The translations under genes were made by a program, and so were the position numbers. The notes below the pieces were generated by a model. That model saw nothing but the letters and a program-made list of their open reading frames with translations. It did not search any database and was not told the origin of the DNA. Of a stretch of DNA of 25,158 nt, positions 1-10,005 are shown piece after piece. Source of the stretch: a virus (taxonomy: Duplodnaviria > Heunggongvirae > Uroviricota > Caudoviricetes); the IMG/VR virus record IMGVR_UViG_2671180680_000002; one strand, written 5' to 3'. Every line of letters begins with the position of its first letter. Position 1 is the stretch's first letter.

Positions 1-337
1 AGGGACAGCTGATAGAAACAGAAGCCACTGGAGCACCTCAAAAACACCATCATACACTAAATCAGTAAGTTGGCAGCATCACCAGCCTTCTTGAGGCTAC
101 CACCTGTTTTCAGGTGTCATTCAGACGTGATTTGCCCCAGATTGGGAAAGCACGCTTTTTTCTCAGCTATCGTCCTCTTATTTTGCCGTTACATTTCTTT
201 TTGCATTCTAATGATTAATTTACAATAATAATATCGGTAATTATTTAATCTCCGCATGGAACAAGTTGCATGCGTGACTATATTAAGACGACTTATAACC
301 ACCAAAACATTTGCTTTGCAAGCAAAAACAGTGACCA

Positions 338-366
338 TTGACTCTAAGAAAATTCCGATCTATTGT
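338..366 (+). promoter_or_regulatory. candidate sigma70-type promoter (TTGACT, 17-bp spacer, TATTGT)
   Basis: TTGACT at 338-343 and TATTGT at 361-366 with a 17-bp spacer, in an AT-rich stretch, about 35 nt upstream of the small ORF at 401. Promoter-like hexamers arise by chance in AT-rich DNA. Confidence 0.25.
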
Positions 367-400
367 TAGGGTCATCAAAGTTACTTAACAGTATTCCGAA

Positions 401-502
401 ATGAAAATACAAAGCAAGCTAATTGTCTTATTAAACATTATTATTGCATTTATATTATTTGAGCTTTTAGCTCAAAAATTTGGTTTGAGTACATTATTTT
501 AA
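401..502 (+). CDS. hypothetical small hydrophobic peptide (33 aa)
   Basis: ATG 401 to TAA 500-502 translates to MKIQSKLIVLLNIIIAFILFELLAQKFGLSTLF, a single predicted membrane-spanning helix. No clear Shine-Dalgarno. It lies between the candidate promoter (338-366) and the plus-strand terminator (651-685). Confidence 0.2.
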   Translation: MKIQSKLIVLLNIIIAFILFELLAQKFGLSTLF

Positions 503-650
503 AGCAAGATAAACAATATCGGGCACTCTAGTTTTTATAATTAACAATTAAACGTCCATAAAATGTTATTTACTTTTCTTCGCTATTGTCATATCTTAAT
601 ATAGTGGCTTACGCCACTCTACTTTCATCACATTTTGTACGTTTATGTAC

Positions 651-685
651 TCGCCATGAAGCTCTTTCATGGCGATTTTTTATTC
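651..685 (+). terminator. intrinsic terminator candidate (plus strand)
   Basis: Perfect 10-bp stem TCGCCATGAA (651-660) / TTCATGGCGA (666-675) with 5-nt loop GCTCT, followed by TTTTTTATTCTT. It would stop plus-strand transcripts before they run antisense into tfa. Confidence 0.45.
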
Positions 686-767
686 TTAATCCAAGAACAT
701 ACTCCCTACCTATAGCAAAATCACTTTTTTAACAAAAGAATAACGTATTTAGGTAATCATTACGAAT

Positions 768-1349
768 TTACCCTATAGGTGCTACTGGCCATTCAATATC
801 CGGTGCAGTTGATGTATCAACACGGTTCAGCAACACCCGATACTTTTTCCAAGCTTCCAGCAACAAGGTTTCTTTCTCCGTTGCGATCTCCAGATCCACA
901 GCATCCTGAAGCGGCGCTATATGCTCACTGGCTACCTGCATCAGGCTGTTTTTTGTTTCTTCCGCCTCCCGGATCCGGAACAGTTTTTCTGCTTCCGTAT
1001 CCTTCACCCAGGCTGTGCCGTTCCACTTCTGAAACTCCCCTTCCGGGGATAACCAGGTGACATTTTCCGGTAATGAGCCGAGTTCAGAAATAAATAACGC
1101 GTCGCCGGAAGCCACGTCATAAACCGTTTTACCCCGATGATCTTCAACGAGATGCCACGATGACTCATCACTGTTGAAAACAGCCACGAAACCAGCCGGA
1201 ATATCTGGCGGTGCAATATCGGTACTGTTTGCAGGCAGACCTGTATGAGGCGGAATATATGCGTCACCTTCACCAATAAATTCATTAGTTCCGGCCAGCA
1301 GGTTATAAATTTTTATGGTCCGTGCTTGTTCACTCATTCTGAATGCCAT
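768..1349 (-). CDS. tfa: tail fiber assembly protein Tfa
   Basis: 193-aa ORF. N-terminus [38 protein letters not shown] and the rest match lambda Tfa as I recall it. Its start codon overlaps the stf stop at 1349. Confidence 0.92.
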   Translation of the reverse strand: MAFRMSEQARTIKIYNLLAGTNEFIGEGDAYIPPHTGLPANSTDIAPPDIPAGFVAVFNSDESSWHLVEDHRGKTVYDVASGDALFISELGSLPENVTWLSPEGEFQKWNGTAWVKDTEAEKLFRIREAEETKNSLMQVASEHIAPLQDAVDLEIATEKETLLLEAWKKYRVLLNRVDTSTAPDIEWPVAPIG

Positions 1350-4300
1350 TATGCGAGCCTCACAATATAGTTAAATGCGATGTTTTTGACGGTGTTTTCC
1401 GCGTTACCAGCAGCGTTAACGGTGATGGTGTGTCCATGTGAACCAATCGCAACAGAGTGCGTATGAGCACCAATACCGACAGTATGCGCGTGTGCACCCG
1501 CAGATGCTGCTGTGCCGGACAGTGAGTGTGTATGGTTTCCTTCTGAAGATGATTTACCTACCCATTGGGAGGTGCCACTGGTTAATGAGCCACTGATACC
1601 AACCTGATTAGTCCCGCTAACTTGAGTACTCCCTGCCGGAAACATTCCAGTAGGTTGACTCCCGCTATTCGTTCTGGGCCCAGTCTGACTATGTTGGTGG
1701 GCCCCAGCTGAACTTGTAGAGCCGCTCAGACTGTGCGTATGCGCCCCGGTGTTATTCGTGGATTTAGTGCCGTAATCAAACGACGATGTGGTTTTCGTCC
1801 CCAAATCCGTACTGGATGCGCTGGCGCTGTGGGTGTGCGATTTAATGCCATCCTGTTCCTGAGACAATACGGCACGACCACTGGCGGGCTTGCCCTTAAT
1901 CGTCCAGCCACGCATATCAGGGATCACGCCTGACGGATAAGCGGCTGCAAGTTTCGGGTAAGCAGATTTGTCAAAAGTCTGCCCCTGCATCAGGGCATAA
2001 CCAGACGGAACGGTATCTGATGGCCACGGGATTGGTGCACCGACTGGATAAAACTCTGCAGGAGGATGAGCCGAGGTGTAAAGCTGCGCCCACGGCGACC
2101 AGTTTGCGTCGGTCGTATCCCGTCGTGAACGAATAAATGCCGGAGCATGAGCACCGCTTGTACCACTCCAGCCGATGAGTAACTCACCTTCGCCAACGGC
2201 TGTCATCCCTTTCAGGTGAATGATATTTCCATACGCTGTTGGATATCCGTTGTTATACACCTCGTATAACTCAAGACCTGCTGCCCCCTGCGTATTGTCT
2301 GTCAGCGCGGCTACCCGACCTTTTGAAGCCAGATTAACTGATGATACTGCTGTTCCACCTGACGGTAGCGCCCCGATCTCTGATGCCGTTGGCTTATTTC
2401 TGGAGTTATAGTCCCTTCGCCAGCCAGGTGAATAATCTGTTCCGTGATTAATATAGGTAAACTGGGCGTTGGTTGTTCCGCCACCGCTGGATGTGGTCGG
2501 AGTGGTAATGCGGATCGTCATCGCTGACTTTATCCCCATTACTTCAATGACAGCTCCGGCGAGATGAATATTACCGCAGCCAGTATCAGTAATGATTTTA
2601 TTATTGCCATAAGACCAGGAACCCTTGCACATCCAGTATGGATGGTTAAATGCTCCCTGAGAATCCAGCCACTCGATAAACTGTGCAGTCGTCCAGTTTC
2701 CTGTTGTTGTGCTTACTGACCCACCGAAGGCACGGCAGGCACCAATATTTTTCGTAAAGGTGTCTTTGCCAGGGATATCCGCACCGTTCTGATCTTTCTG
2801 CAGACGTTTCTCAGCATTGTCATTGGCTGCTTTTACTGCCTTTGGCGTTGCCGCCAGCGTTTCAGACGTGCTGTTGGTCGCGCTGCTTAGCTGGATTATC
2901 CCTTTCTGTGCTGTCGTTGCATCCTGTGCGGTGTATTTCCCGTTAGCCAGGTCATACGCGGCCTTAACGGCTTTTGGTGTTGCCGCCAGTGACTCGGAAG
3001 TGCTGTTAGTCGCACTACTGAGCTGTACTATCCCCTTTTTCGTCGTGCTCGCATCCTCAAGCGCCACGGCGGATGCAATATCCTCTGCCCGTTTTGCCGC
3101 TGTCTCAGCGCGCGTTGCTGCAGATTCCGCCGTACTTTTGCTCTGAGCTGCTGCCGTCGCACTACCAGCAGCCTCTGTCGCCTTCGTGGATGCCGTCGTG
3201 GCGCTGCCCTTCGCTGCTGACGCCTGTCTGGTCGCCTCATCTTTTGAAGCAGACGCCGATGATGCCGATGACGCCGCCGAACTGGCGGACGATGCGGCAG
3301 CCGTTTTTGAGGATTCTGCACGGGTTTCCGACGCTTTCGCGTTCGTTTCGGATGTCTTCGCTGCGGAAGCTGACCTCGCTGCTGCCGTGGCCTGCTCAGT
3401 GGCTTCGCCAGCCTTCGTTGTGGCTGTTGAAGCGGATGATGCGGCGCTTTCTGCCGATTTTCCGGCGGCGGTGGCACTGGCTGAGGCCTGCCCGGCACTT
3501 GTTGACGCGGCGCTGGCAGACGACGCAGCCGCTGTTTTTGAGCCTGCCGCAGCTGAGGCACTCTGTCCCGCTGCCGTTTCAGAAGACCTGGCGTTCGTCT
3601 CGGACGTTTTGGCCGCCTTCGCAGAATTTGCAGCCGCCGTCGCCGAGGAAGCTGNNNNNNNNNNNNNNNNNNNNNNNNNNNNNNNNNNNNNNNNNNNNNN
3701 NNNNNNNNNNNNNNNNNNNNNNNNNNNNNNNNNNNNNNNNNNNNNNNNNNNNNNNNNNNNNNNNNNNNNNNNNNNNNNNNNNNNNNNNNNNNNNNNNNNN
3801 NNNNNNNNNNNNNNNNNNNNNNNNNNNNNNNNNNNNNNNNNNNNNNNNNNNNNNNNNNNNNNNNNNNNNNNNNNNNNNNNNNNNNNNNNNNNNNNNNNNN
3901 NNNNNNNNNNNNNNNNNNNNNNNNNNNNNNNNNNNNNNNNNNNNNNNNNATGCCGTTCCTGCGCTGGAAGACGCTGACTGAGCCGACGAAGCGGCCTGTC
4001 CGGCTGACGTGCTGGCTGCACGTGCTGAATCTGCAGCATCAGTCGCATGGGTTGCCGCCTCACGGGCTGATGTGCTGGCATCGCTGGCTGATTTCTTCGC
4101 GGCTGCCGTGTTCTGTGCCACCGCGGACGCGTTACGCGCCACCTCTTCCACCATCAGCTCAAAACGGCGCAGTGCCTCCGGACGGGCATCATCCTCCGTC
4201 ATGGCACCGAGAAAATCATTCAGCGTACCGGGTCGGGAATCTTCATACACGGTGATGGTCCCGGCATGTGACGGCGGGAATCCTTCCACCAACAGAATAA

Positions 4301-4478
4301 CGCTGTACTGACCGTACTCAACGTCCATGCTGTAACGCCCGGCTTCATCCGGATTTTCTGAGGCCAGCGTGTTCACCACCACCGTGGTGCTGTTACGTTT
4401 TGCTTTCAGCTGGATTGTGCAGTTCTGTACCGGTTTTCCTGTGCCGTCTTTCAGTACACCTGAAATCTTTACTGCCAT
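1349..4478 (-). CDS. stf: side tail fiber protein Stf (interrupted by N-run 3655-3949)
   Basis: ORFs 1349..4081 and 3579..4484 are one gene split by a 295-nt N-run (not a multiple of 3). ATG at 4478 gives [26 protein letters not shown], the lambda Stf N-terminus. Ala/Ser-rich shaft, tandem GI(V/I)[11 protein letters not shown] repeats, and a His-rich C-terminal tip ending [18 protein letters not shown]. Confidence 0.88.
2838..3035. repeat. intragenic tandem direct repeat in stf (two copies of about 66 nt, period 132 nt)
   Basis: 2838-2902 and 2970-3035 are roughly three-quarters identical by eye. They encode the duplicated motif [28 protein letters not shown] / [28 protein letters not shown], a phage tail fiber repeat. 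Confidence 0.6.
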
Positions 4479-4488
4479 ATTCACCCCA

Positions 4489-4516
4489 CAAAAAAGCCCG
4501 CCTGAACCGGCGGGCT
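4489..4516 (-). terminator. intrinsic terminator downstream of lom
   Basis: On the minus strand: 8-bp GC-rich stem AGCCCGCC / GGCGGGCT (4495-4502 with 4509-4516), 6-nt loop, then a U-tract (plus-strand A-run 4490-4495). Sits between the lom stop (4543) and the stf start (4478). Confidence 0.55.
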
Positions 4517-4542
4517 GTCATAACACTGTGTTACCTGGCTAA

Positions 4543-5059
4543 TCAGAATTTATAACCGACACCCACGATGAAACCGTCAGTGCGCCAGAGACGTGTTGCT
4601 GTGGCGACCGTCATCACTTCCGGTCAGCACATCGTGCGTTTTCCCCTTATTGTCAGTTACGCGGATATAATCCCCGGAAAAAGTCGACACACGGCTGTAA
4701 GCCACACCCGCCATCGCATACGCGCTGAACCATTCATTCACGCGCACAGACGGCCCCGCCATCACGCTGAACCAGCGGTTACGCACGGAATCTTCATGCC
4801 AGCGGGTATCGCTGTAACGGGTCAGCTGGCGATTCTTGTCTCCTGCATAGCTGAATGACGTCACCAGCCCCAGCGTATCCGTAAACTCATAACGGTATTT
4901 CACGTTAATCCCGTTCAGATCATCACTGCCGGGAACGTTGGTCCGGGCATGAAGATACCCCGCGCTCAGCGTGGACTGATGTTCAGACGCCCATGCAGGC
5001 GCACCGGATACGGCCAGGCAAATGGCTGCGGACAAAATGGCTGCACAAACTTTACGCAT
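4543..5059 (-). pseudogene. lom: lom (Lom/Ail-family outer membrane protein) with internal deletion and frameshift
   Basis: ATG 5059 preceded by GAGAGG. Residues 1-159 (MRKVCAAILSAAICLAVSGAPAWASEHQ...SNTSLA) match lambda Lom; the frame then stops at 4577 (..SLAH-stop). The conserved C-terminus WRTDGFIVGVGYKF-stop (ending 4543) is in a different frame. The gene is 517 nt against 621 nt for lambda lom. Confidence 0.65.
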
Positions 5060-5081
5060 AATTACCTCTCGCTTTTCTGCA

Positions 5082-5107
5082 ATAAAAAAGGCGTCATTCC
5101 TGACGCC
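5082..5107 (-). terminator. intrinsic terminator candidate between J and lom
   Basis: On the minus strand: stem GGCGTCA / TGACGCC (5090-5096 with 5101-5107), loop GGAA, followed by UUUUUUAUU (plus-strand A-run 5084-5089). Lies 22 nt downstream of the J stop and just upstream of the lom RBS. Confidence 0.5.
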
Positions 5108-5129
5108 ATTTATTGGGGTTATAAATATT

Positions 5130-8100
5130 TCAACGAATACTGATGCCGGAAGCCGCTTTTTTGGTCACAATCACCGTACAGTCGGTGATATTGCCTGCCC
5201 CCTGATTGCCTTTCTGGAAAATCTTAAACTCCAGAGTGACGCTACCACCACCACTAGGCATATCAATAACTGCACTGTAACTACCGGGAATGGCACCTTT
5301 AGTTTCTCTGGATGCGATTAATACGCCGTTTTTGCGAACTTCAAAACCATAACCCGTGTATCGCGTGCCTCCTGGGTTATTTCCGCTCCCCGGATCGTCA
5401 TACGCTATACCGTTAAAAATAATGGGCGGAATAATAATCTGGCGGTCAAAGTTATGATCATCGCTTATGGTGACTGTAACCGTCCCGTTTGGTGTTTCCG
5501 TGTTACCCCACGTACCAGCCTGTTTCGGAAATGATTTGGATACAGCTTTAACGAAGTCACCTCTGACCTGAGTCGCCTCCAGCATGCCCTTAATCGTACA
5601 GTTTTCATTTACCGTGACATTGTTGAGCGTCCCGGCGTTCGCATTCACACTGCCACTGATATCCGCATTTTTAGCGGTCAGCTTTCCGTCCGGAGTCAGG
5701 GAAAATGCCGATGGATTTCCACCGCTGGTAATGGTGGGGGCCGTCAGGCGTTTCAGGAACACGTCGTTCATGAATATCTGATCGCCCTGACCAACAAACA
5801 TCGGTTTTGTGTTGCCATTCGCAGGATTAACCATCGCAATCCTGTCCGCCGCCAGCAGCACCTGACTCTGCATGCCGTCAGGGGTGTTCTCAATACCGGC
5901 ACCAATACCCGCGATATAAAGGCGTCCGTCCTGCATCTGCTGCAGCTTCACAGCCCACATGCTGTTCAGGTTATTATTTGTATCAACCTGAACCTTCTGT
6001 ATCTGCTGAATTGCCGCACTCTGGTCTTCCAGTTTCTTATTGACGGTCTGCGTGATTTCATTGCTGACATCCGTAATGGACGTCCTGATTTCAGCCAGGT
6101 CAGGCGCAAGCTGACCGTTATCAATCTGCGTCCACAGCTCCTGAGCCAGATGGGTTTTCCCTATCTCGCCTTTGAAAAAATCCAGATAACCGGATGCATC
6201 ATCACTCGGCTGACCAACAGCCTCCACGAATGCCGATTTGCCAACGGTGTTCACACTGCGGATATAAAAGTAATAATCATGGCCCGGTTTGATATTGATA
6301 CTGGCGGCTATCCAGTACAGCGCCGTGCCAAGATAGCGTGCTGTGGTTTCAACCTGCCTGATATCCGCAATCCGCTTTTCCGAGAACCAGAACTCAAACT
6401 GTACCGTCGGATCATAAACCGCAAGATGCGGCGTGGCGGTTATCTGAAAATAGCCCGGCGTCAGCTCAATCCGCGACAGCGCTGCCGGTGCGGCAATCCG
6501 GAACGATACCGACGCCGGATCGCCCTGCTGCCCCCACGCATTTACTGCCCGGACTGTCAGCCTGTAGTTCCCCAGCGCCAGTTGTGTGAAGCGGTAAGTG
6601 GTTTCCGTCGTCCGGGCCGTGCTGACCAGCCGCTCACTGCCGTCATCCGCTGTTACGGTCAGACGGAGCAGGAAGCTCACGCCCTTCACCACCTTCGGCG
6701 TGTCCCAGCGCGCCAGCACCTGATATTCCCCGCTGTCTGCGGTGACTTCGGCAGTCAGGTGCTGCACCGCTGGCGGCGTGACACCATTCACCGTGCCGCT
6801 CTGGTCGCCGTCAAAGTGCGCCCCGTTATCCACGATGGCTTCTTTTTCCGGCACATGCTGCACGGCGGTGATGGCATACGTGCCGTCGTCGTTCTCACGG
6901 ATACTCACGCAGCGGAACAATCGCTGGTGCAGCGTCGGCAGCTTCAGCCCCCACACGCTGTATTCAGCAACACCGTCAGGAACACGGCTCACTTTTACCT
7001 TCACGCCGTCGGTGACGGACTGGACCTCCACGCTGACCGGATTCCCCTGCCCGTCAACCAGGCTTATCAGCGTGGTGCCGGAGGATGGCAGCGTGATTTC
7101 ACGGTCGAGCGTCAGCGTCCGGGTCTGGCTGTTCACCGCCAGCACGCGCCCGCCGGTGCGGATACCGGCATAGTCATCATCGCAGATTTCAATGACATCG
7201 CCCGGTACATGACGAAGCCCTTCAGCACCCACGCTGAAATCCACGGTCTGCGTCTCCAGCAGTTCCGTTTTAATCAGCCACAGCCCGGCGCGGTGTGCCT
7301 GCCCCCGGCTGGTACAGCCAAAGGCATCCATCTTCGTGACGTTACGACCGTAACGGACAATGGCCTGCGTATCCTCCACAAGCTCTGTCGCCGTCTCCCA
7401 GCCGTTATCCGGGTCAATCCAGTTCACCTCAACGGCATTATGGCGGTCTTTCAGGGCGCTGAAACTGTAGCGGAACGGCGCGCCATCATCCGGCATCACC
7501 ACATTACTGCGGTTATAGGCCCACACCTTATCCGACTGTCGGTCCTGCACGAACGTCAGCGTCTGCCCGTTCCATACCGGCATACAGCGCATCGCCGAGC
7601 AGAAATCACTGAGCACATCCCACGCCTTGCGCTGTGTGGTCAGCCAGGCATTACAGGTGATGCGCGGCTCCGTGCTGCCAAAGCCGTCCGGCACCGACTG
7701 GTCACAGTACTGGCCGATGACATACAGCGCCCATTTATCCACATCTGCCGCACCAAGACGTTTCCCCATGCCATAGCGCGGATGGGTCAGCATATCCCAC
7801 AGACACCAGGCCATGTTGTTGCTGTATGCCGGTTTTAACGTTCCGTCCCAGATACCGCTGTATTGCCGCGTCTGCGGATTATAGTTCGACGGCACCTGCA
7901 GAATGCGCCCGCGAAGATGATAATTACGGCTCACCTGCTGGCTGCCGAACTGCTCCGAATCCACCTGTACGCCGACCAGTGCCGTGTTCGGGTAGCACTG
8001 TTTCACATCGATGATTTCGGTGTATGACGACCAGAGCGTTTTGTTCTGCAGCTGGTCTGTGGTGCTGTCCGGCGTCATTCTGCGCATCCGGATATTAAAC

Positions 8101-8627
8101 GGGCGCGGCGGCAGGTTATCCACCACCACCGAGGCCAGATACTGCGAGGTGGTTTTGCCCTTAATGGTGATGTCTTTTTCCGTCACCCAGCCACCGTTAC
8201 GCTGTATCTGAACCAGCAGGCGAACTTCAGACGGATTCCTGTCTCCCTTTGAGGTGGTTTCCACCAGTGCCTGTACACCGAAGGTAAAACGCAGTCGGTC
8301 AATGTTTGCCGACGTGATGGTCCGGGTGATCGGCGTGTCATATTTCACTTCCGTACCCAGCACCGTCTCGGAGCCGGAGGATTCAAATCCCTCCGGCGGT
8401 GACTGCTCCTGCTCACCTGCCCGGAACACCACCGTGACGCCGGAGATGTTGGTATTCCCCTCACTGTCCAGCACCGGCGTACTGTTCAGCAGCACGCTTT
8501 TTAATCCATCCACCGGACCTTCAACCGGCCCTTCGCTGATGGCATCGATCACACTCAGCAGCTGCGTGGACTTCAGGTTGTCCTTCGCTTCGCGCGGGGT
8601 ATGCCCCTTACTGCTGCCTTTACCCAT
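5130..8627 (-). CDS. J: tail tip / host specificity protein J (central tail fiber)
   Basis: 1165-aa ORF. N-terminal roughly 800 aa ([34 protein letters not shown]...) follow lambda J. The distal third diverges and the protein is 33 aa longer than lambda J (1132 aa). Confidence 0.93.
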   Translation of the reverse strand: MGKGSSKGHTPREAKDNLKSTQLLSVIDAISEGPVEGPVDGLKSVLLNSTPVLDSEGNTNISGVTVVFRAGEQEQSPPEGFESSGSETVLGTEVKYDTPITRTITSANIDRLRFTFGVQALVETTSKGDRNPSEVRLLVQIQRNGGWVTEKDITIKGKTTSQYLASVVVDNLPPRPFNIRMRRMTPDSTTDQLQNKTLWSSYTEIIDVKQCYPNTALVGVQVDSEQFGSQQVSRNYHLRGRILQVPSNYNPQTRQYSGIWDGTLKPAYSNNMAWCLWDMLTHPRYGMGKRLGAADVDKWALYVIGQYCDQSVPDGFGSTEPRITCNAWLTTQRKAWDVLSDFCSAMRCMPVWNGQTLTFVQDRQSDKVWAYNRSNVVMPDDGAPFRYSFSALKDRHNAVEVNWIDPDNGWETATELVEDTQAIVRYGRNVTKMDAFGCTSRGQAHRAGLWLIKTELLETQTVDFSVGAEGLRHVPGDVIEICDDDYAGIRTGGRVLAVNSQTRTLTLDREITLPSSGTTLISLVDGQGNPVSVEVQSVTDGVKVKVSRVPDGVAEYSVWGLKLPTLHQRLFRCVSIRENDDGTYAITAVQHVPEKEAIVDNGAHFDGDQSGTVNGVTPPAVQHLTAEVTADSGEYQVLARWDTPKVVKGVSFLLRLTVTADDGSERLVSTARTTETTYRFTQLALGNYRLTVRAVNAWGQQGDPASVSFRIAAPAALSRIELTPGYFQITATPHLAVYDPTVQFEFWFSEKRIADIRQVETTARYLGTALYWIAASINIKPGHDYYFYIRSVNTVGKSAFVEAVGQPSDDASGYLDFFKGEIGKTHLAQELWTQIDNGQLAPDLAEIRTSITDVSNEITQTVNKKLEDQSAAIQQIQKVQVDTNNNLNSMWAVKLQQMQDGRLYIAGIGAGIENTPDGMQSQVLLAADRIAMVNPANGNTKPMFVGQGDQIFMNDVFLKRLTAPTITSGGNPSAFSLTPDGKLTAKNADISGSVNANAGTLNNVTVNENCTIKGMLEATQVRGDFVKAVSKSFPKQAGTWGNTETPNGTVTVTISDDHNFDRQIIIPPIIFNGIAYDDPGSGNNPGGTRYTGYGFEVRKNGVLIASRETKGAIPGSYSAVIDMPSGGGSVTLEFKIFQKGNQGAGNITDCTVIVTKKAASGISIR

Positions 8628-8687
8628 TCGTCATGCTCCATAAACGATAAAACCGCCCGGAGGCGATTTCACATAAAACATTTTGCA

Positions 8688-9359
8688 TCAGCGACCAATC
8701 ACCACAACCTGACCACCGTCCCCTTCGTCTGCCGTGCTGATCTCCTGAGATACCACACGTGACCCCACGCGCATTTCACCATACAGAACAGGCATAACAT
8801 TGCCCTGGGCAACCATGTTATCCAGTGAGGAGAAATAGGTGTTCTGCTTACCGTTATCCGTTGTCTGTGTGCGGGGAGTTCTGGCTTTCGGTGCCAGCAT
8901 CTGAGCCACACCGCCGAGCACCATACTGGCACCGAGAGAAAACAGAATGCCGGTCATACCACCGGCACCAATGGCAGCCCCCCATGCTGCAAGGGTGGCT
9001 CCGGCGGTAAAGAATGATCCGGCAATGGCGGCTGCTCCCAGGACAATCTGGAATACACCACCTGACTTGGCCCCGGCGACTCTGGGAACAATATGAATCA
9101 CAGCGCCGTCAGGCAGAGCCTCATGTAACTGTGCCGTTAATCCGGACGTGCTAACATCCTGCCCGGCAATACGCACCTGATACCAGCCGTCGCTCAGCTT
9201 CTGACGAAACGCAGGGAGCTGTGTGGCCATCGCCCGGATGGCTTCGGCACCCGTTTTCACACGAAGGTCGATGCGGCGGCCAAATCGTTGCAAATCCCCG
9301 TAAAGGCAGATGCGTGCCATGCCCGGTGACGCCAGAGGGAGTGTGTGCGTCGCTGCCAT
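8688..9359 (-). CDS. I: tail assembly protein I
   Basis: 223-aa ORF MAATHTLPLASPGMARICLYGDLQRFGRRIDLRVKTG..., same length as lambda gpI. 60-nt spacer to J as in lambda. Confidence 0.92.
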   Translation of the reverse strand: MAATHTLPLASPGMARICLYGDLQRFGRRIDLRVKTGAEAIRAMATQLPAFRQKLSDGWYQVRIAGQDVSTSGLTAQLHEALPDGAVIHIVPRVAGAKSGGVFQIVLGAAAIAGSFFTAGATLAAWGAAIGAGGMTGILFSLGASMVLGGVAQMLAPKARTPRTQTTDNGKQNTYFSSLDNMVAQGNVMPVLYGEMRVGSRVVSQEISTADEGDGGQVVVIGR

Positions 9360-10000
9360 TTGTCGGTATACCTCTCTCGTTTGCTCAGTTGTTCAGGAAT
9401 ATGGTGCAGCAGCTCGCCGTCACCACAGTAAATGGCGGCATGATTCGGCACCGATGAACCAAAACAGCACAGCAGCACATCGCCCGGCTGCGCCGCTGAC
9501 AACGGCACCTGATACAGCCCTGTGGCCTCCAGATTATCCAGATAGAGATTCTGACCGTGACGCCACCAGTCATCCTCACGATGAAAATCCGGCATCTCAA
9601 TCCCCGCCAGATGGTAAGCATCCCGGAACAGCGTGTAACAGTCCGTCACCCCGTGCTCAAAGCGCCGCCCGGTAAGATGTGGCACACAGCGGAACTTGTG
9701 AATCGCCCCCCGGCAGACCAGCCACCACGGCAAATCACTCTGCACCTGCAGCCGCCGGTCGGCCTCACTCAGCCAGGGCAGACCACCGGGGTGGCTGTGG
9801 ACCAGTGCCACAATCTCACCCTGCATCTCTGCCTGCAGCCAGTCTTCCGGCGACATACGGAAATACGCCTCCGGCTCACCGGAGATATTCACGCAGGGGA
9901 AATATCTTTCCCCCTCCGGCGTTCTTACCACGAAGCCGCACGACTCCGCTGGAGCACATCGCCGGGCGTGCGCCAGAATCGCTGATTCTGTCTCTGTCAT
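9257..10000 (-). CDS. K: tail assembly protein K (MPN/JAMM plus NlpC/P60 domains)
   Basis: 247-aa ORF starting MTETESAILAHARRC. JAMM-like motif HSHPGGLPWLSEAD (about 9758-9799) and a Cys..His pair typical of NlpC/P60. The classical lambda annotation (199 aa) would start at the internal Met at 9856. Overlaps I by 103 nt. Confidence 0.88.
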   Translation of the reverse strand: MTETESAILAHARRCAPAESCGFVVRTPEGERYFPCVNISGEPEAYFRMSPEDWLQAEMQGEIVALVHSHPGGLPWLSEADRRLQVQSDLPWWLVCRGAIHKFRCVPHLTGRRFEHGVTDCYTLFRDAYHLAGIEMPDFHREDDWWRHGQNLYLDNLEATGLYQVPLSAAQPGDVLLCCFGSSVPNHAAIYCGDGELLHHIPEQLSKRERYTDKWQRRTHSLWRHRAWHASAFTGICNDLAAASTFV

Positions 10001-10005
10001 GGGAT

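Noticed and set aside
1-92. Possible 3' end of a plus-strand CDS entering from the left (frames ending at 64-66 or 90-92)
   Set aside because: Too short to assess and no recognisable motif; cannot be supported from this window.
189-369. Small ORFs in the AT-rich left flank (49-aa minus-strand 189..338; 37-aa plus-strand 256..369)
   Set aside because: No RBS, composition-driven (Asn/Tyr/Ile/Lys-rich), no flanking signals; not distinguishable from chance.
3073-3981. Plus-strand ORFs (302 aa and 263 aa) antisense to stf
   Set aside because: Run through the N-run and through Ala-rich repeat DNA whose reverse frames are open by composition; not genes.
3579-4484. Separate 301-aa gene upstream of stf
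   Set aside because: It is the N-terminal part of stf; the split is caused by the 295-nt N-run. The true start is the ATG at 4478, not the GTG at 4484.
6150-7838. 562-aa plus-strand ORF
   Set aside because: Antisense shadow of J in GC-rich coding DNA: Arg/Pro/Cys-rich, no RBS, fully nested in a confidently identified gene.
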